A stretch of DNA of 64,000 bases from Euprymna scolopes (taxonomy: Eukaryota): assembly GCA_053919585.1 (NCBI GenBank), contig CM132804.1. The stretch is one strand, 5' to 3'. Below, piece after piece: positions 24,001 to 39,000 of this stretch (positions are counted from its first letter, which is position 1; every line of letters starts with the position of its first letter). A program made the translations under genes and the position numbers. The notes beneath the pieces are model-generated. The model had not been told where the DNA came from and searched no databases. It worked only from the letters and a program-made list of their open reading frames with translations.

Positions 24001-27000
24001 ATTTAACGGTATTGCGACTAACGAATAAAGTTAAAAATTGAACTTAGTGTCATTTAACGGTATTGCGACTAACGAATAAATTTAAAAATTGAACTTAGTG
24101 TCATTTAACGGTATTGCGACTAACGAATAAAGTTAAAAATTGAACTTAGTGTCATTTAACGGTATTGCGACTAACGAATAAAGTTAAAAATTGAACTTAG
24201 TGTCATTTAACGGTATTGCGACTAAGGATTAAATTAAAAATTGAACTTAGTGTCATTTAACGGTATTGCGACTAACGAATAAAGTTAAAAATTGAACTTA
24301 GTGTCATTTAACGGTATTGCGACTAACGAATAAAGTTAAAAATTGAACTCAGTGTCATTTAACGGTATTGCGACTAACGAATAAAGTTAAAAATTGAACT
24401 TAGTGTCATTTAACGGTATTGCGACTAACGAATAAAGTTAACAATTGAACTTAGTGTCATTTAACGGTATTGCGACTAACGAATAAAGTTAACAATTGAA
24501 CTCAGTGTCATTTAACGGTATTGCGACTAACGAATAAAGTTAAAAATTGAACTTAGTGTCATTTAACGGTATTGCGACTAACGAATAAAGTTAAAAATTG
24601 AACTTAGTGTCATTTAACGGTATTGCGACTAACGAATAAAGTTAAAAATTGAACTTAGTGTCATTTAACGGTATTGCGACTAACGAATAAAGTTAAAAAT
24701 TGAACTTAGTGTCATTTAACGGTATTGCGACTAACGAATAAAGTTAAAAATTGAACTTAGTGTCATTTAACGGTATTGCGACTAACGAATAAAGTTAAAA
24801 ATTGAACTTAGTGTCATTTAACGGTATTGCGACTAACGAATAAAGTTAAAAATTGAACTTAGTGTCATTTAACGGTATTGCGACTAACGAATAAAGTTAA
24901 AAATTGAACTTAGTGTCATTTAACGGTATTGCGACTAACGAATAAAGTTAAAAATTGAACTTAGTGTCATTTAACGGTATTGCGACTAACGAATAAAGTT
25001 AAAAATTGAACTTAGTGTCATTTAACGGTATTGCGACTAACGAATAAAGTTAAAAATTGAACTTAGTGTCATTTAACGGTATTGCGACTAACGAATAAAG
25101 TTAAAAATTGAACTTAGTGTCATTTAACGGTATTGCGACTAACGAATAAAGTTAAAAATTGAACTTAGTGTCATTTAACGGTATTGCGACTAACGAATAA
25201 AGTTAAAAATTGAACTTAGTGTCATTTAACGGTATTGCGACTAACGAATAAAGTTAAAAATTGAACTTAGTGTCATTTAACGGTATTGCGACTAACGAAT
25301 AAAGTTAAAAATTGAACTTAGTGTCATTTAACGGTATTGCGACTAACGAATAAAGTTAAAAATTGAACTTAGTGTCATTTAATGGTATTGCGACTAACGA
25401 ATAAAGTTAACAATTTAACTCAGTGTCATTTAACGGTATTGCGACTAACGAATAAAGTTAAAAATTGAACTTAGTGTCATTTAACGGTATTGCGACTAAC
25501 GAATAAAGTTAAAAATTGAACTTAGTGTCATTTAACGGTATTGCGACTAACGAATAAATTTAAAAATTGAACTTAGTGTCATTTAACGGTATTGCGACTA
25601 ACGAATAAAGTTAAAAATTGAACTTAGTGTCATTTAACGGTATTGCGACTAACGAATAAAGTTAAAAATTGAACTTAGTGTCATTTAACGGTATTGCGAC
25701 TAAGGATTAAATTAAAAATTGAACTTAGTGTCATTTAACGGTATTGCGACTAACGAATAAAGTTAAAAATTGAACTTAGTGTCATTTAACGGTATTGCGA
25801 CTAACGAATAAAGTTAAAAATTGAACTCAGTGTCATTTAACGGTATTGCGACTAACGAATAAAGTTAAAAATTGAACTTAGTGTCATTTAACGGTATTGC
25901 GACTAACGAATAAAGTTAAAAATTGAACTTAGTGTCATTTAACGGTATTGCGACTAACGAATAAAGTTAAAAATTGAACTTAGTGTCATTTAACGGTATT
26001 GCGACTAACGAATAAAGTTAAAAATTGAACTCAGTGTCATTTAACGGTATTGGGACTAACGAATAAAGTTAAAAATTGAACTTAGTGTCATTTAACGGTA
26101 TTGCGACTAACGAACAAAGTTAAAAATTGAACTTAGTGTCATTTAACGGTATTGCGACTAACGAATAAAGTTAAAAATTGAACTCAGTGTCATTTAACGG
26201 TATTGGGACTAACGAATAAAGTTAAAAATTGAACTTAGTGTCATTTAACGGTATTGCGACTAACGAACAAAGTTAAAAATTGAACTTAGTGTCATTTAAC
26301 GGTATTGCGACTAACGAACAAAGTTAAAAATTGAACTCAGTGTCATTTAACGGTATTGCGACTAACGAATAAAGTTAAAAATTGAACTCAGTGTCATTTA
26401 ACGGTATTGGGACTAACGAATAAAGTTAAAAATTGAACTTAGTGTCATTTAACGGTATTGCGACTAACGAATAAAGTTAAAAATTGAACTTAGTGTCATT
26501 TAACGGTATTGGGACTAACGAATAAAGTTAAAAATTGAACTTAGTGTCATTTAACGGTATTGCGACTAACGAATAAAGTTAAAAATTGAACTTAGTGTCA
26601 TTTAACGGTATTGCGACTAACGAATAAAGTTAAAAATTGAACTTAGTGTCATTTAACGGTATTGCGACTAACGAATAAAGTTAAAAATTGAACTTAGTGT
26701 CATTTAACGGTATTGCGACTAACGAACAAAGTTAAAAATTGAACTCAGTGTCATTTAACGGTATTGCGACTAACGAATAAAGTTAAAAATTGAACTTAGT
26801 GTCATTTAACGGTATTGCGACTAACGAATAACGTTAAAAATTGAACTTAGTGTCATTTAACGGTATTGCGACTAACGAATAAAGTTAAAAATTGAACTTA
26901 GTGTCATTTAACGGTATTGCGACTAACGAATAAAGTTAAAAATTGAACTCAGTGTCATTTAACGGTATTGCGACTAACGAATAAAGTTAAAAATTGAACT

Positions 27001-30000
27001 TAGTGTCATTTAACGGTATTGCGACTAACGAATAAAGTTAAAAATTGAACTTAGTGTCATTTAACGGTATTGCGACTAACGAATAAAGTTAAAAATTGAA
27101 CTTAGTGTCATTTAACGGTATTGCGACTAACGAATAAAGTTAAAAATTGAACTTAGTGTCATTTAACGGTATTGCGACTAACGAATAAAGTTAAAAATTG
27201 AACTTAGTGTCATTTAACGGTATTGCGACTAACGAATAAAGTTAAAAATTGAACTTAGTGTCATTTAACGGTATTGCGACTAACGAATAAAGTTAACAAA
27301 TTTAACTTAGTGTCATTTAACGGTATTGCGACTAACGAATAAAGTTAAAAATTGAACTTAGTGTCATTTAACGGTATTGCGACTAACGAATAAAGTTAAA
27401 AATTGAACTTAGTGTCATTTAGCGGTATTGCGACTAACGAATAAAGTTAAAAATTGAACTTAGTGTCATTTAGCGGTATTGCGACTAACGAATAAAGTTA
27501 ACAATTTAACTCAGTGTCATTTAGCGGTATTGCGACTAACGAATAAAGTTAAAAATTGAACTTAGTGTCATTTAACGGTATTGCGACTAACGAATAAAGT
27601 TAAAAATTGAACTTAGTGTCATTTAACGGTATTGCGACTAACGAATAAAGTTAAAAATTGAACTTAGTGTCATTTAACGGTATTGCGACTAACGAATAAA
27701 GTTAAAAATTGAACTTAGTGTCACTTAACGGTATTGTGACTAACGAATAAAGTTAAAAATTGAACTTAGTGTCATTTAACGGTATTGCGACTAACGAATA
27801 AAGTTAAAAATTGAACTTAGTGTCATTTAACTGTATTGCGACTAACGAATAAAGTTAAAAATTGAACTTAGTGTCATTTAACGGTATTGCGACTAACGAA
27901 TAAAGTTAGAAATTGAACTTAGTGTCATTTAACGGTATTGCGACTAACGAATAAAGTTAAAAATTGAACTTAGTGTCATTTAACGGTATTGCGACTAACG
28001 AATAAAGTTAAAAATTGAACTTAGTGTCATTTAACGGTATTGCGACTAACGAATAAAGTTAAAAATTGAACTTAGTGTCATTTAACGGTATTGCGACTAA
28101 CGAATAAAGTTAAAAATTGAACTTAGTGTCATTTAACGGTATTGCGACTAACGAATAAAGTTAAAAATTGAACTTAATGTCATTTAACGGTATTGCGACT
28201 AACGAATAAAGTTAAAAATTGAACTTAGTGTCATTTAACGGTATTGCGACTAACGAATAAAGTTAAAAATTGAACTTAGTGTCATTTAACGGTATTGCGA
28301 CTAACGAATAAAGTTAAAAATTGAACTTAGTGTCATTTAGCGGTATTGCGACTAACGAATAAAGTTAAAAATTGAACTTAGTGTCATTTAGCGGTATTGC
28401 GACTAACGAATAAAGTTAAAAATTGAACTTAGTGTCATTTAACGGTATTGCGACTAACGAATAAAGTTAACAATTTAACTCAGTGTCATTTAGCGGTATT
28501 GCGACTAACGAATAAAGTTAAAAATTGAACTTTGTGTCATTTAACGGTATTGCGACTAACAAATAAAGTTAAAAATTGAACTTAGTGTCATTTAGCGGTA
28601 TTGCGACGAACGAATAAAGTTAAAAATTGAACTTAGTGTCATTTAACGGTATTGCGACTAACGAATAAAGTTAAAAATTGAACTTAGTGTCATTTAACGG
28701 TATTGCGACTAACGAATAAAGTTAAAAATTGAACTTAGTGTCATTTAACGGTATTGCGACTAACGAATAAAGTTAAAAATTGAACTTAGTGTCATTTAAC
28801 GGTATTGCGACTAACGAATAAAGTTAAAAATTGAACTTAGTGTCATTTAACGGTATTGCGACTAACGAATAAAGTTAAAAATTGAACTTAGTGTCATTTA
28901 ACGGTATTGCGACTAACGAATAAAGTTAAAAATTGAACTTAGTGTCATTTAACGGTATTGCGACTAACGAATAAAGTTAAAAATTGAACTTAGTGTCATT
29001 TAACGGTATTGCGACTAACGAATAAAGTTAAAAATTGAACTTAGTGTCATTTAACGGTATTGCGACTAACGAATAAAGTTAAAAATTGAACTTAGTGTCA
29101 TTTAACGGTATTGCGACTAACGAATAAAGTTAAAAATTGAACTTAGTGTCATTTAGCGGTATTGCGACTAACGAATAAAGTTAAAAATTGAACTTAGTGT
29201 CATTTAGCGGTATTGCGACTAACGAATAAAGTTAAAAATTGAACTTAGTGTCATTTAACGGTATTGCGACTAACGAATAAAGTTAACAATTTAACTCAGT
29301 GTCATTTAGCGGTATTGCGACTAACGAATAAAGTTAAAAATTGAACTTAGTGTCATTTAACGGTATTGCGACTAACAAATAAAGTTAAAAATTGAACTTA
29401 GTGTCATTTAGCGGTATTGCGACGAACGAATAAAGTTAAAAATTGAACTTAGTGTCATTTAACGGTATTGCGACTAACGAATAAAGTTAAAAATTGAACT
29501 TAGTGTCATTTAACGGTATTGCGACTAACGAATAAAGTTAAAAATTGAACTTAGTGTCATTTAACGGTATTGCGACTAACGAATAAAGTTAAAAATTGAA
29601 CTTAGTGTCATTTAACGGTATTGCGACTAACGAATAAAGTTAAAAATTGAACTTAGTGTCATTTAACGGTATTGCGACTAACGAATAAAGTTAAAAATTG
29701 AACTTAGTGTCATTTAACGGTATTGCGACTAACGAATAAAGTTAAAAATTGAACTTAGTGTCATTTAACGGTATTGCGACTAACGAATAAAGTTAAAAAT
29801 TGAACTTAGTGTCATTTAACGGTATTGCGACTAACGAATAAAGTTAAAAATTGAACTTAGTGTCATTTAACGGTATTGCGACTAACGAATAAAGTTAAAA
29901 ATTGAACTTAGTGTCATTTAACGGTATTGCGACTAACGAATAAAGTTAAAAATTGAACTTAGTGTCATTTAACGGTATTGCGACTAACGAATAAAGTTAA

Positions 30001-33000
30001 AAATTGAACTTAGTGTCATTTAACGGTATTGCGACTAACGAATAAAGTTAAAAATTGAACTTAGTGTCATTTAACGGTATTGCGACTAACGAATAAAGTT
30101 AAAAATTGAACTCAGTGTCATTTAGCGGTATTGCGACTAACGAATAAAGTTAAAAATTGAACTTAGTGTCATTTAGCGGTATTGCGACTAACGAATAAAG
30201 TTAAAAATTGAACTTAGTGTCATTTAACGGTATTGCGACTAACGAATAAAGTTAACAATTTAACTCAGTGTCATTTAGCGGTATTGCGACTAACGAATAA
30301 AGTTAAAAATTGAACTTAGTGTCATTTAACGGTATTGCGACTAACAAATAAAGTTAAAAATTGAACTTAGTGTCATTTAGCGGTATTGCGACGAACGAAT
30401 AAAGTTAAAAATTGAACTTAGTGTCATTTAACGGTATTGCGACTAACGAATAAAGTTAAAAATTGAACTTAGTGTCATTTAACGGTATTGCGACTAACGA
30501 ATAATGTTAAAAATTGAACTTAGTGTCATTTAACGGTATTGCGACTAACGAATAAAGTTAAAAATTGAACTTAGTGTCATTTAGCGGTATTGCGACTAAC
30601 GAATAAAGTTAAAAATTGAACTTAGTGTCATTTAACGGTATTGCGACTAACGAATAAAGTTAACAATTTAACTCAGTGTCATTTAGCGGTATTGCGACTA
30701 ACGAATAAAGTTAACAATTGAACTCAGTGTCATTTAGCGGTATTGCGACTAACGAATAAAGTTAAAAATTGAACTTAGTGTCATTTAACGGTATTGCGAC
30801 TAACAAATAAAGTTAAAAATTGAACTTAGTGTCATTTAGCGGTATTGCGACTTACGAATAAAGTTAACAATTTAACTCAGTGTCATTTAGCGGTATTGCG
30901 ACTAACGAATAAAGTTAACAATTGAACTCAGTGTCATTTAGCGGTATTGCGACTAACGAATAAAGTTAAAAATTGAACTTAGTGTCATTTAGCGGTATTG
31001 CGACTAACGAATAAAGTTAACAATTGAACTTAGTGTCATTTAGCGGTATTGCGACTAACGAATAAAGTTAACAATTTAACTCAGTGTCATTTAGCGGTAT
31101 TGCGACTAACGAATAAAGTTAACAATTGAACTCAGTGTCATTTAGCGGTATTGCGACTAACGAATAAAGTTAACAATTGAACTCAGTGTCATTTAGCGGT
31201 ATTGCGACTAACGAATAAAGTTAACAATTGAACTCAATGTCATTTAGCGGTATTGCGACTAACGAATAAACTTAACAATTGAACTCAATGTCATTTGGCG
31301 GTATTGCGACTAACGAATAAACTTAACAATTGAACTATATGTCATTTAGCGGTATTGCGACTAACGAATAAAGTTAACAATTGAACTCAGTGTAATTTAG
31401 CGGTATTGCGACTAACGAATAAAGTTAACAAATGAACTCAGTGTCATTAAGCGGTATTGCGACTAACGAAAAAAGTGAACAATTGAACTCAGTGTCATTT
31501 AGCGGTATTGACACTAACGAATAAAGTTAAAAATAGAACTCAGTGTCATATAGCGGTATTGCGACTAACGAATAAAGTTAACAATGGACCTTAGTGTCAT
31601 TTAGCGGTATTGCGACTAACAAATACAGTTAACAATTGAACTCAGTGTAATATAGCGGTATTGCGACAAACGAATAAAGTTAACAGTTGAATTCAATGTC
31701 ATTTAGTGGTATTGCTTCTAACGAATAAAGTTAACAATTGAACTCAGTGTCATATAGCGGTATTGCGGCTAACGAATAAAGTAAACAATTGAACTCAATA
31801 TAATTTATTGGTATTGCGACTAACGAATAAAGTTAAAAATTGAACTCAGTGTAATTTAGCGGTATTGGCACTAACGAATAAAGTTAAAAATGTAACTCAG
31901 TGTCATTTAGCGGTATTGCGACGAACGAATAAAGTTAAAAATTGAACTTAGTGTCATTTAACGGTATTGCGACTAACGAATAAAGTTAAAAATTGAACTT
32001 AGTGTCATTTAACGGTATTGCGACTAACGAATAAAGTTAAAAATTGAACTTAGTGTCATTTAGCGGTATTGCGACTAACGAATAAAGTTAAAAATTGAAC
32101 TTAGTGTCATTTAACGGTATTGCGACTAACGAATAAAGTTAAAAATTGAACTTAGTGTCATTTAGCGGTATTGCGACTAACGAATAAAGTTAAAAATTGA
32201 ACTTAGTGTCATTTAACGGTATTGCGACTAACGAATAAAGTTAAAAATTGAACTTAGTGTCATTTAACGGTATTGCGACTAACGAATAAAGTTAAAAATT
32301 GAACTTAGTGTCATTTAGCGGTATTGCGACTAACGAATAAAGTTAAAAATTGAACTTAGTGTCATTTAACGGTATTGCGACTAACGAATAAAGTTAAAAA
32401 TTGAACTTAGTGTCATTTAGCGGTATTGCGACTAACGAATAAAGTTAAAAATTGAACTTAGTGTCATTTAGCGGTATTGCGACTAACGAATAAAGTTAAA
32501 AATTGAACTTAGTGTCATTTAGCGGTATTGCGACTAACGAATAAAGTTAAAAATTGAACTTAGTGTCATTTAGCGGTATTGCGACTAACGAATAAAGTTA
32601 AAAATTGAACTTAGTGTCATTTAGCGGTATTGCGACTAACGAATAAAGTTAAAAATTGAACTTAGTATCATTTAGCGGTATTGCGACTAACGAATAAAGT
32701 TAAAAATTGAACTTAGTGTCATTTAACGGTATTGCGACTAACGAATAAAGTTAAAAATTGAACTTAGTGTCATTTAGCGGTATTGTGACTAACGAATAAA
32801 GTTAAAAATTGAACTTAGTGTCATTTAACGGTATTGCGACTAACGAATAAAGTTAAAAATTGAACTTAGTGTCATTTAACGGTATTGCGACTAACGAATA
32901 AAGTTAAAAATTGAACTTAGTGTCATTTAGCGGTATTGCGACTAACGAATAAAGTTAAAAATTGAACTTAGTGTCATTTAACGGTATTGCGACTAACGAA

Positions 33001-36000
33001 TAAAGTTAAAAATTGAACTTAGTGTCATTTAGCGGTATTGCGACTAACGAATAAAGTTAAAAATTGAACTTAGTGTCATTTAGCGGTATTGCGACTAACG
33101 AATAAAGTTAAAAATTGAACTTAGTGTCATTTAACGGTATTGCGACTAACGAATAAAGTTAAAAATTGAACTTAGTGTCATTTAGCGGTATTGCGACTAA
33201 CGAATAAAGTTAAAAATTGAACTTAGTGTCATTTAACGGTATTGCGACTAACGAATAAAGTTAAAAATTGAACTTAGTGTCATTTAGCGGTATTGCGACT
33301 AACGAATAAAGTTAAAAATTGAACTTAGTGTCATTTAGCGGTATTGCGACTAACGAATAAAGTTAAAAATTGAACTTAGTGTCATTTAGCGGTATTGCGA
33401 CTAACGAATAAAGTTAAAAATTGAACTTAGTGTCATTTAGCGGTATTGCGACTAACGAATAAAGTTAAAAATTGAACTTAGTGTCATTTAGCGGTATTGC
33501 GACTAACGAATAAAGTTAAAAATTGAACTTAGTGTCATTTAGCGGTATTGCGACTAACGAATAAAGTTAAAAATTGAACTTAGTGTCATTTAACGGTATT
33601 GCGACTAACGAATAAAGTTAAAAATTGAACTTAGTGTCATTTAGCGGTATTGTGACTAACGAATAAAGTTAAAAATTGAACTTAGTGTCATTTAACGGTA
33701 TTGCGACTAACGAATAAAGTTAAAAATTGAACTTAGTGTCATTTAACGGTATTGCGACTAACGAATAAAGTTAAAAATTGAACTTAGTGTCATTTAGCGG
33801 TATTGCGACTAACGAATAAAGTTAAAAATTGAACTTAGTGTCATTTAACGGTATTGCGACTAACGAATAAAGTTAACAATTTAACTCAGTGTCATTTAGC
33901 GGTATTGCGACTAACGAATAAAGTTAAAAATTGAACTTAGTGTCATTTAACGGTATTGCGACTAACAAATAAAGTTAAAAATTGAACTTAGTGTCATTTA
34001 GCGGTATTGCGACGAACGAATAAAGTTAAAAATTGAACTTAGTGTCATTTAACGGTATTGCGACTAACGAATAAAGTTAAAAATTGAACTTAGTGTCATT
34101 TAACGGTATTGCGACTAACGAATAATGTTAAAAATTGAACTTAGTGTCATTTAACGGTATTGCGACTAACGAATAAAGTTAAAAATTGAACTTAGTGTCA
34201 TTTAACGGTATTGCAACTAACGAATAAAGTTAAAAATTGAACTTAGTGTCATTTAGCGGTATTGCGACTAACGAATAAAGTTAAAAATTGAACTTAGTAT
34301 CATTTAACGGTATTGCGACTAACGAATAAAGTTAACAATTTAACTCAGTGTCATTTAGCGGTATTGCGACTAACGAATAAAGTTAACAATTGAACTCAGT
34401 GTCATTTAGCGGTATTGCGACTAACGAATAAAGTTAAAAATTGAACTTAGTGTCATTTAACGGTATTGCGACTAACAAATAAAGTTAAAAATTGAACTTA
34501 GTGTCATTTAGCGGTATTGCGACTTACGAATAAAGTTAACAATTTAACTCAGTGTCATTTAGCGGTATTGCGACTAACGAATAAAGTTAACAATTGAACT
34601 CAGTGTCATTTAGCGGTATTGCGACTAACGAATAAAGTTAAAAATTGAACTTAGTGTCATTTAGCGGTATTGCGACTAACGAATAAACTTAACAATTGAA
34701 CTTAGTGTCATTTAGCGGTATTGCGACTAACGAATAAAGTTAACAATTTAACTCAGTGTCATTTAGCGGTATTGCGACTAACGAATAAAGTTAACAATTG
34801 AACTCAGTGTCATTTAGCGGTATTGCGACTAACGAATAAAGTTAACAATTGAACTCAGTGTCATTTAGCGGTATTGCGACTAACGAATAAAGTTAACAAT
34901 TGAACTCAATGTCATTTAGCGGTATTGCGACTAACGAATAAACTTAACAATTGAACTCAATGTCATTTGGCGGTATTGCGACTAACGAATAAACTTAACA
35001 ATTGAACTATATGTCATTTAGCGGTATTGCGACTAACGAATAAAGTTAACAATTGAACTCAGTGTAATTTAGCGGTATTGCGACTAACGAATAAAGTTAA
35101 CAAATGAACTCAGTGTCATTAAGCGGTATTGCGACTAACGAAAAAAGTGAACAATTGAACTCAGTGTCATTTAGCGGTATTGACACTAACGAATAAAGTT
35201 AAAAATAGAACTCAGTGTCATATAGCGGTATTGCGACTAACGAATAAAGTTAACAATGGACCTTAGTGTCATTTAGCGGTATTGCGACTAACAAATACAG
35301 TTAACAATTGAACTCAGTGTAATATAGCGGTATTGCGACAAACGAATAAAGTTAACAGTTGAATTCAATGTCATTTAGTGGTATTGCTTCTAACGAATAA
35401 AGTTAACAATTGAACTCAGTGTCATATAGCGGTATTGCGGCTAACGAATAAAGTAAACAATTGAACTCAATATAATTTATTGGTATTGCGACTAACGAAT
35501 AAAGTTAAAAATTGAACTCAGTGTAATTTAGCGGTATTGGCACTAACGAATAAAGTTAAAAATGTAACTCAGTGTCATTTAGCGGTATTGCGACGAACGA
35601 ATAAAGTTAAAAATTGAACTTAGTGTAATTTAACGGTATTGCGACTAACGAATAAAGTTAAAAATTGAACTTAGTGTCATTTAACGGTATTGCGACTAAC
35701 GAATAAAGTTAAAAATTGAACTTAGTGTCATTTAACGGTATTGCGACTAACGAATAAAGTTAAAAATTGAACTTAGTGTCATTTAACGGTATTGCGACTA
35801 ACGAATAATGTTAAAAATTGAACTTAGTGTCATTTAACGGTATTGCGACTAACGAATAAAGTTAAAAATTGAACTTAGTGTCATTTAACGGTATTGCGAC
35901 TAACGAATAAAGTTAAAAATTGAACTTAGTGTCATTTAGCGGTATTGCGACTAACGAATAAAGTTAAAAATTGAACTTAGTGTCATTTAACGGTATTGCG

Positions 36001-39000
36001 ACTAACGAATAAAGTTAAAAATTGAACTTAGTGTCATTTAACGGTATTGCGACTAACGAATAAAGTTAACAATTTAACTCAGTGTCATTTAGCGGTATTG
36101 CGACTAACGAATAAAGTTAACAATTGAACTCAGTGTCATTTAGCGGTATTGCGACTAACGAATAAAGTTAAAAATTGAACTTAGTGTCATTTAACGGTAT
36201 TGCGACTAACAAATAAAGTTAAAAATTGAACTTAGTGTCATTTAGCGGTATTGCGACTTACGAATAAAGTTAACAATTTAACTCAGTGTCATTTAGCGGT
36301 ATTGCGACTAACGAATAAAGTTAACAATTGAACTCAGTGTCATTTAGCGGTATTGCGACTAACGAATAAAGTTAAAAATTGAACTTAGTGTCATTTAGCG
36401 GTATTGCGACTAACGAATAAAGTTAACAATTGAACTTAGTGTCATTTAGCGGTATTGCGACTAACGAATAAAGTTAACAATTTAACTCAGTGTCATTTAG
36501 CGGTATTGCGACTAACGAATAAAGTTAACAATTGAACTCAGTGTCATTTAGCGGTATTGCGACTAACGAATAAAGTTAACAATTGAACTCAGTGTCATTT
36601 AGCGGTATTGCGACTAACGAATAAAGTTAACAATTGAACTCAATGTCATTTAGCGGTATTGCGACTAACGAATAAACTTAACAATTGAACTCAATGTCAT
36701 TTGGCGGTATTGCGACTAACGAATAAACTTAACAATTGAACTATATGTCATTTAGCGGTATTGCGACTAACGAATAAAGTTAACAATTGAACTCAGTGTA
36801 ATTTAGCGGTATTGCGACTAACGAATAAAGTTAACAAATGAACTCAGTGTCATTAAGCGGTATTGCGACTAACGAAAAAAGTGAACAATTGAACTCAGTG
36901 TCATTTAGCGGTATTGACACTAACGAATAAAGTTAAAAATAGAACTCAGTGTCATATAGCGGTATTGCGACTAACGAATAAAGTTAACAATGGACCTTAG
37001 TGTCATTTAGCGGTATTGCGACTAACAAATACAGTTAACAATTGAACTCAGTGTAATATAGCGGTATTGCGACAAACGAATAAAGTTAACAGTTGAATTC
37101 AATGTCATTTAGTGGTATTGCTTCTAACGAATAAAGTTAACAATTGAACTCAGTGTCATATAGCGGTATTGCGGCTAACGAATAAAGTAAACAATTGAAC
37201 TCAATATAATTTATTGGTATTGCGACTAACGAATAAAGTTAAAAATTGAACTCAGTGTAATTTAGCGGTATTGGCACTAACGAATAAAGTTAAAAATGTA
37301 ACTCAGTGTCATTTAGCGGTATTGCGACGAACGAATAAAGTTAACAATTGAACTCAGTGTCATATAGCGGTATTGCGACTAACGAATACAGTTAAAAATT
37401 GAACTCAGTGTCATATAGCGGTATTGCGACTAACGAATAAAGTAAAAAATTGAACGGTGTCATATAGCGGCATTGCGACTAACGAAAAAATTTAACAATT
37501 GAACTCATTGTCAATTAGCTGTACTGCAACTAACGAATAAACTTAACAATTGAATTCAATGGCATTTAGCGGATGCGACTAACGAATGAAGTGAATAATT
37601 TAACTCAGTGTCATATAGCGGTATTGCGACTAACGAATAAACTTAACAATTGAACTAAATATCATTTAGCGGTATTGCGACTAACGAATAAAGTTAACAA
37701 TTGACTTTAGTGTCATTTAGCGGTATTGCGACTAACGAATAAAGTTAAAAATTTAACTCAGTGTCATATAGCGGTATTGCGAATAATGAATAAATTTAAC
37801 AATTGAACTCAGTGTCAAATAGCGGTATTGCGACTAACGAATAAAGTTTAAAATTGCACTCAGTGTCATTTAGCGTTATTGTGACTAACGGATAAAGTTA
37901 AAAATTGAACTCGGTGTAATATAGCGGTATTGCGACTAACGAATAAAGTTAAAAATTGAACTTAGTGTCATTTAACGGTATTGCGACTAACAAATAAAGT
38001 TAAAAATTGAACTTAGTGTCATTTAGCGGTATTGCGACGAACGAATAAAGTTAAAAATTGAACTTAGTGTCATTTAGCGGTATTGCGACTAACGAATAAA
38101 GTTAAAAATTGAACTTAGTGTCATTTAACGGTATTGCGACTAACGAATAAAGTTAAACATTGAACTTAGTGTCATTTAACGGTATTGCGACTAACGAATA
38201 AAGTTAAAAATTGAACTTAGTGTCATTTAGCGGTATTGCGACTAACGAATAAAGTTAAAAATTGAACTTAGTGTCATTTAACGGTATTGCGACTAACGAA
38301 TAAAGTTAACAATTTAACTCAGTGTCATTTAGCGGTATTGCGACTAACGAATAAAGTTAACAATTGAACTCAGTGTCATTTAGCGGTATTGCGACTAACG
38401 AATAAAGTTAAAAATTGAACTTAGTGTCATTTAACGGTATTGCGACTAACAAATAAAGTTAAAAATTGAACTTAGTGTCATTTAGCGGTATTGCGACTAA
38501 CGAATAAAGTTAACAATTTAACTCAGTGTCATTTAGCGGTATTGCGACTAACGAATAAAGTTAACAATTGAACTCAGTGTCATTTAGCGGTATTTCGACT
38601 AACGAATAAAGTTAAAAATTGAACTTAGTGTCATTTAGCGGTATTGCGACTAACGAATAAAGTTAACAATTGAACTTAGTGTCATTTAGCGGTATTGCGA
38701 CTAACGAATAAAGTTAACAATTTAACTCAGTGTCATTTAGCGGTATTGCGACTAACGAATAAAGTTAACAATTGAACTCAGTGTCATTTAGCGGTATTGC
38801 GACTAACGAATAAAGTTAACAATTGAACTCAGTGTCATTTAGCGGTATTGCGACTAACGAATAAAGTTAACAATTGAACTCAATGTCATTTAGCGGTATT
38901 GCGACTAACGAATAAACTTAACAATTGAACTCAATGTCATTTGGCGGTATTGCGACTAACGAATAAACTTAACAATTGAACTATATGTCATTTAGCGGTA

